DNA of 64,000 nucleotides from a virus (Duplodnaviria; Caudoviricetes): IMG/VR virus record IMGVR_UViG_2737471647_000001; one strand, 5' to 3'. Shown piece by piece: positions 60,701 to 64,000 of this stretch (position 1 is its first letter; each line of letters starts with the position of its first letter). The notes under the pieces were generated by a model. It saw only the letters and a program-made list of their open reading frames with translations, ran no database searches and was not told where the DNA came from. The position numbers and the translations under genes were made by a program.

Positions 60701-61043
60701 TTTCGAGGTCCGGGTGCAGGCGCGCCGCACGACCGGAACTATCGCTTACGAGGCGTGGCAGGCCCGGTCGATCCGGCTCTTCATGCCGGACGGCATCAAG
60801 GTGGCCGAAGTCTCCGCCTGGATGGAGATCGGGGCCGACGCGCGCCTGACTGTCGCCGAGACGGTAATCTTCCTTGATCGGGGCGGGGCGGTGCAACTGA
60901 CCATCGCTGACGCCGCCATCTGGATCGGCTTTGGCAGTGATGCGCGCCTCACCATACCGGACATCGACATCTTCAACGAATGGGGCGGTCAGTCCCGCCT
61001 TACGGCCGCCGAGGCCGCTCTCTACATAGAGGTACTTCCATGA
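57702..61043 (+). CDS. Central tail tip/host-specificity protein with inserted vWA domain
   Basis: VGYRYSLG...CHGPVD, LFGGEKREGG, MNPAHIIRE, GLSLLW, VGRGCLDT, ASRAIRPLPP; vWA motifs MDASGS, GGTDF, VTDGEP. Confidence 0.88.
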   Translation: MGGRSKSQTVGYRYSLGAHLALCHGPVDAIREIRVDDRTAWSIGTGQSTSQGTGVGALASYGTVTGMSATAAAEGDSVAEVRFPGTLSGIRLGQSYDLQLLTDNTTRTVTVQAVSYAAGSGITTWLVEPAATAFTAQSVAVSDAASVPSLNGGAAGGRIRINKPDLFGGEKREGGIVGDIDVLMGAPSQAQNDYLAANAGADVPGYRGICSLVLRQVFLGLNPYLKPWSVRLTRILKAEDGGPQWYPEKAQIVPEVRIGDAAIYIAMDASGSMSGSRMAAQIAAVSRLVEEIGENALEPNDVQIVTWNSTVSGTILRRDAGATAYGELQDWVDALSSSVSGGTDFGVAVSQAGAFFNGSGGKRRILIFVTDGEPSPASTLQTAIATLVGISEVDVFAFNIALSDTSATAQIDNTPVDGVPVVPPGDPDALVASLRAAFGQGPDMNPAHIIRESLTNGDWGLGHTFADIGPSFATAADALFSEGFGLSLLWQRESTIEDFIADVLKHIDAYLYVDRRSGRWELRLIRADYDPETLPVFDETNVVDWGELGRREAADLVNSVTAKFSDARTDQTGSVSVTDTALVQDLGQVVSATVDYPGIRFESLAVRVAERDLRALSAPILSGEIMVSRVGANLDPGDVIVLSNARRGLEGVVVRIVEIDHGDGRNNGVRLRVAEDVFALGETALVGGESGDPGSLILPPKPLTRRWVAEAPYWLLVQELGHAQADALLDEDPGVGAIVATGERPSADALSAQVWSDSGAGYTLEEAVEFVPTALLVSDVSDDPAENVLTVGGWTGLGDVAIGTLAAIGDELVRIDGVSATALTVGRGCLDTVPLAHPAGTPVICWQQLANASEAGFVAGEIVTIKMLPETGFGTLPLSQAPEDSVTLASRAIRPLPPGDLRGNGVSVVNPNVLNLGPVMLTWSHRDRLTQTSSVFDAYDAGDIGPEPGVTYAVEIRWVEPDADTTLEPPAAVIDVGAANNITLTKEDVPILAAPTGTKHFEVRVQARRTTGTIAYEAWQARSIRLFMPDGIKVAEVSAWMEIGADARLTVAETVIFLDRGGAVQLTIADAAIWIGFGSDARLTIPDIDIFNEWGGQSRLTAAEAALYIEVLP

Positions 61044-62035
61044 GCCACATCCTCCATCTCGGACACCAGGTCACTGATCTTGCGGGCGTCGAGGGCCGCA
61101 TCAGTGCCGACGCCGCCGGGTTCGACGCCGATCTCGATGTCAACTGCGTACGGATCAACACGAGTGAGACCAGCGCAGTCCCGTTTTCCGCTTCCTGGTC
61201 CTTGCCCGCCGGGGATATCTGGTTGAGCTTTCGATACAAAGCGCCGTCGGTCAACGCCCACATTATCGGCACGGATGGCACCTTCCTGGAGTTCTACGAC
61301 ACCGCAAATAATCTTGTAGCGATTGTCCGAACTGAGCGGGATGACGAGAAGTACCACGCCATGGCCATGGGCGATACGAATGTCGACGGCGCTTCCTCCT
61401 TCGTCGCTGCCACGAACCAAGTCTATTGGGTCGATGTGAAGATCGCTGTTGGCGCTGACATCACCATCGAGTTTTACGCTGATGGGGTCCTGCAAAGCAG
61501 TGCAACGGCAGCCAACACCGGTGGCAAGGGTCGTCCCGTTCGCTGCGTGTGGAAGAACTACGGCCTCTTCGATTTCTACAACCCCGCCATTTGTTACTAC
61601 GCACATATCGCAGTCCTTGACGGCGTCTCGACCATCGGGCGGCGGTTTGCGCGGCGCACGCCAGACCTGGTCGCGACCTATGACGCCTTTTCGGGCGGGG
61701 TCGATGCGGTGAAGGACGGCGACATCGCCACCCGCGCCGCGAGCGATATCGCCGGTCAGCGAATGTCGTTTTCGCTGGCGGGGCCAACGGGGCCTGCCGG
61801 GGCCTCGGCCATTGCGGGCGTGCATGTGAAGCAGCTGGCCCAGCTCGGCACAGCGGGACCGACCGGTATTGCTGGATTCCTGCGGATCGGCGGGGTCGAC
61901 TATGATGCTTCGCCCGGTACGCCGTCGCCGGATATGGCTAGTCCCGTCTATTCGACATGGGATGTGAACCCGGCCGACAGCACGCCCTGGACCACGGCTG
62001 CGCTGCCGACGGAAGTCGGGATCGTCTCGTCATGA
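61040..62035 (+). CDS. Putative receptor-binding/tail fibre protein
   Basis: Beta-rich, ATGA-coupled last tail gene; C-terminal WDVNPADSTPWT. Confidence 0.6.
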   Translation: MSHILHLGHQVTDLAGVEGRISADAAGFDADLDVNCVRINTSETSAVPFSASWSLPAGDIWLSFRYKAPSVNAHIIGTDGTFLEFYDTANNLVAIVRTERDDEKYHAMAMGDTNVDGASSFVAATNQVYWVDVKIAVGADITIEFYADGVLQSSATAANTGGKGRPVRCVWKNYGLFDFYNPAICYYAHIAVLDGVSTIGRRFARRTPDLVATYDAFSGGVDAVKDGDIATRAASDIAGQRMSFSLAGPTGPAGASAIAGVHVKQLAQLGTAGPTGIAGFLRIGGVDYDASPGTPSPDMASPVYSTWDVNPADSTPWTTAALPTEVGIVSS

Positions 62036-62322
62036 CGCCAAAGCAAAATGATGTGGGCGACATGCGTATGTCCGAGATCGAATTCCAGGCAATGCTGACG
62101 CGCGCCGCCGAAGCGGGGGCCAAACGCGCGCTTGCCGACGCCGGGATCGATGGCAAGGACGCCGCCCTCGATATCCGTGATCTCCGCTCACTGCTCGACT
62201 GCATCCGTTTCGTGCGGCGCACGGCCGTTCAGACGGCCGTCCATCTGATCACCACTGGTGTGATGCTGGCGCTCCTCGCCGGGATCGCCCTGAAACTGAA
62301 GATCTTCGGCGGCGGCCCGTAA
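62032..62322 (+). CDS. DUF6127-like membrane protein (putative holin)
   Basis: LTRAAEAGAKRALADAG...DIRDLRSLL plus one C-terminal TM helix; upstream of the endolysin. Confidence 0.65.
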   Translation: MTPKQNDVGDMRMSEIEFQAMLTRAAEAGAKRALADAGIDGKDAALDIRDLRSLLDCIRFVRRTAVQTAVHLITTGVMLALLAGIALKLKIFGGGP

Positions 62323-62355
62323 AAGCGCTCCGCCTCAGTTCACCTGCCAACCCGC

Positions 62356-62381
62356 ACCCGCCCTTGTGGCGGGTCTTTTTT
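62356..62381 (+). terminator. Rho-independent terminator-like hairpin
   Basis: ACCCGCC-CTTGT-GGCGGGT followed by CTTTTTT. Confidence 0.7.
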
Positions 62382-62397
62382 GTTTCTGGAGGACACC

Positions 62398-63072
62398 ATG
62401 ACCACGACATTTTACGATCACTGGCGCGACGTGCCGGACGACACCTGGCGCTGGCCGAATTTCTCACCCGCCGAAATCGCCTGCCGCGGTACCGGCAAGC
62501 TGCTGGTCAACGAACCCGCGCTGGATAAGCTTCAGGCGTTGCGGGACCGGCTGGGCAAACCGCTGATCGTCCGATCAGCCTATCGAAGCCCCGAGCACAA
62601 CCGCGCCGTCGGCGGTGCGACGCGGTCCAAGCACATGGATGGCGCGGCCTTCGATATCGCAATGTCGAACCATGACCCGGTCGTGTTCGAGGCGGCGGCA
62701 CGCGCAGTCGGGTTCCTTGGGTTCGGCTTCTATCCGCGCTCGGGTTTCATCCATGCCGATCTTGGACCCGCCCGCCAGTGGGGTGAGCGGTTTCCGATCC
62801 GAGTGACCTCATTCGCCGAGGACGCGCCGCCCGCGCGCGAGGTTCTAGGCGACAGCCGCACCATGAAGGGTGGCGGAGCGGCCGGAGTGGCGACGCTGGG
62901 CGCAGCCGGGGTCGAGGTGGCTCAGAGCGTCCTGGCTGAAACTCAATCCGCCGTCCTGCCGCTGGTCCCCTATCTGGATACGCTTCGCTGGGTGTTCATC
63001 GCTGTGGCGCTCATTGGCATCGCGGTCACGATCTACGCTCGCCTTGATGACTGGCACCGGGGGCAGAGATGA
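62398..63072 (+). CDS. Endolysin, peptidase M15 family, with C-terminal hydrophobic segments
   Basis: SAYRSPEHNRAVGGATRSKHMDGAAFD and FIHAD Zn-peptidase motifs; GGAGG SD. Confidence 0.88.
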   Translation: MTTTFYDHWRDVPDDTWRWPNFSPAEIACRGTGKLLVNEPALDKLQALRDRLGKPLIVRSAYRSPEHNRAVGGATRSKHMDGAAFDIAMSNHDPVVFEAAARAVGFLGFGFYPRSGFIHADLGPARQWGERFPIRVTSFAEDAPPAREVLGDSRTMKGGGAAGVATLGAAGVEVAQSVLAETQSAVLPLVPYLDTLRWVFIAVALIGIAVTIYARLDDWHRGQR

Positions 63073-63326
63073 TCGCCAGCATTCTCGGCGGGATCGTCGC
63101 CACCCCATGGGCTAGGACCGCGCTGCGCTACGGTGCGATCGCCCTCACCATGTTGTTATTCCTGTTGTCCATTCGACGCGCCGGGGAGCGCGTCGGCGGG
63201 ATTGCTGAACGTCTCGAAACCAGGGAGAAGGCCAATGAAATCCAACGTCGGATGTTGGAGGCGGCCGCTCGCCGTCCTCGTGATCGCGACGAGCTGGTTG
63301 ACCGGCTGCGCGACGGCGGGTTTTGA
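63069..63326 (+). CDS. Inner-membrane spanin (Rz-like)
   Basis: N-terminal TM helix followed by a coiled coil; after the endolysin. Confidence 0.72.
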   Translation: MIASILGGIVATPWARTALRYGAIALTMLLFLLSIRRAGERVGGIAERLETREKANEIQRRMLEAAARRPRDRDELVDRLRDGGF

Positions 63327-63486
63327 AGCGACCGGCTCGGCGGCATGTCCGCCGGTCGTGGAATACAGTCGGGAAATTCGGAATCGCGCGATGGAGGAAC
63401 TCGCTCTGCTGCCGGAAAGATCGGCCGTCGTCGAGATGATGGCCGACTATACGGTATTACGGGAACAAGTGCGCATCTGCAGATAG
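63235..63486 (+). CDS. Outer-membrane lipoprotein spanin (Rz1-like)
   Basis: Signal peptide with LTGC lipobox; overlaps the i-spanin 3' end in another frame. Confidence 0.75.
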   Translation: MKSNVGCWRRPLAVLVIATSWLTGCATAGFEATGSAACPPVVEYSREIRNRAMEELALLPERSAVVEMMADYTVLREQVRICR

Positions 63487-63532
63487 AAGCGGGTCCGTTT
63501 CCCGGTCTTCAGATCGATCTGCAGAGCATCGA

Positions 63533-64000
63533 TCACTCGGATTGCTTGATGTCCATTTCGCCAACTTCAAGCTGCCTGCCGTTGGAGCGGAGCCATGCTG
63601 CAAGAAGCTCGACCGTTGCTGCCAATTGGTCAGTCTTGCGCAGTGAACACTCCCACACCGTTGCGACCCGCCATCCTGCCTCTGACAACTGGCCCTGTAC
63701 AGCGCCGTCCCGGGTCACATTAGCGTCGAACTTCGCCTGCCAGAACTCTGGACGCGTCGATGGAGTGGTTGTGTAACGACAGCCCTCATGGCGGTGCCAA
63801 AAGCAGCCATGCACGAAGACGATTGCGTTATGCTTCGGAAACACGAGGTCAGGTCGCCCGGGGACATTCTTCGAATGCAGCCGGTAACGGAAGCCGCGTG
63901 CATGAAGTGCCCGCCGAAGCACCAGTTCGGGCTTCGTGTCCTTTCCCTTGATCCCGGCCATCATCCGGGATCGGGTCTGTTTGTCTACGATATCGGCCAC
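63533..64000 (-). CDS. vsr: Very-short-patch repair endonuclease
   Basis: DIVDKQTRSRMMAGIKGKDTKPE, GRPDLVF, FVHGCFWH, VATVWEC; GTG at the window edge. Confidence 0.93.
   Translation of the reverse strand: MADIVDKQTRSRMMAGIKGKDTKPELVLRRALHARGFRYRLHSKNVPGRPDLVFPKHNAIVFVHGCFWHRHEGCRYTTTPSTRPEFWQAKFDANVTRDGAVQGQLSEAGWRVATVWECSLRKTDQLAATVELLAAWLRSNGRQLEVGEMDIKQSE

Noticed and set aside
55250-62035. Diversity-generating retroelement or tail-fibre invertase
   Set aside because: No reverse transcriptase, template/variable repeat pair or invertase with inverted repeats seen near the tail genes.

Overview
GC-rich window, probably from an alphaproteobacterium (inferred from gene families and composition). 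It is almost entirely mobile DNA: three elements stacked in tandem at a tRNA-Ser(TGA) attachment site. (1) 1-5096 is the right part of a satellite-like element with a tyrosine integrase, a DUF5343 plus Ymh-type HEPN gene pair, an excisionase-like HTH and a DUF3987-type NTPase. It ends in a tRNA-Ser 3' half (5037-5096). (2) 5083-13074 is an 8-kb element between 16-bp direct repeats of the tRNA 3' end. It carries a frameshifted P4-type integrase, two HTH genes, a second intact tyrosine recombinase and a type III R-M system. (3) From about 13075 to beyond 64000 lie a type IC R-M operon with the PrrC anticodon nuclease and a lambda-like siphovirus prophage. The prophage has a large serine recombinase/DUF2924 module, a replication/recombination module, a lambda-like cosQ/cosN site, two orphan methyltransferases, gpA terminase, head, tail and lysis genes, and vsr at the window edge. 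No cI-like repressor was recognised. The most striking observation is a C5 methyltransferase apparently split across two fully overlapping same-strand frames (38069-39250 and 38073-39263). Other notable items are a candidate R-S-QxE ADP-ribosyltransferase moron, the DUF5343-HEPN pair, a prophage bactofilin, a vWA domain inserted in the tail-tip protein and an iteron-like array behind the primase-helicase. All family assignments come from reading motifs by eye; no database searches were run.
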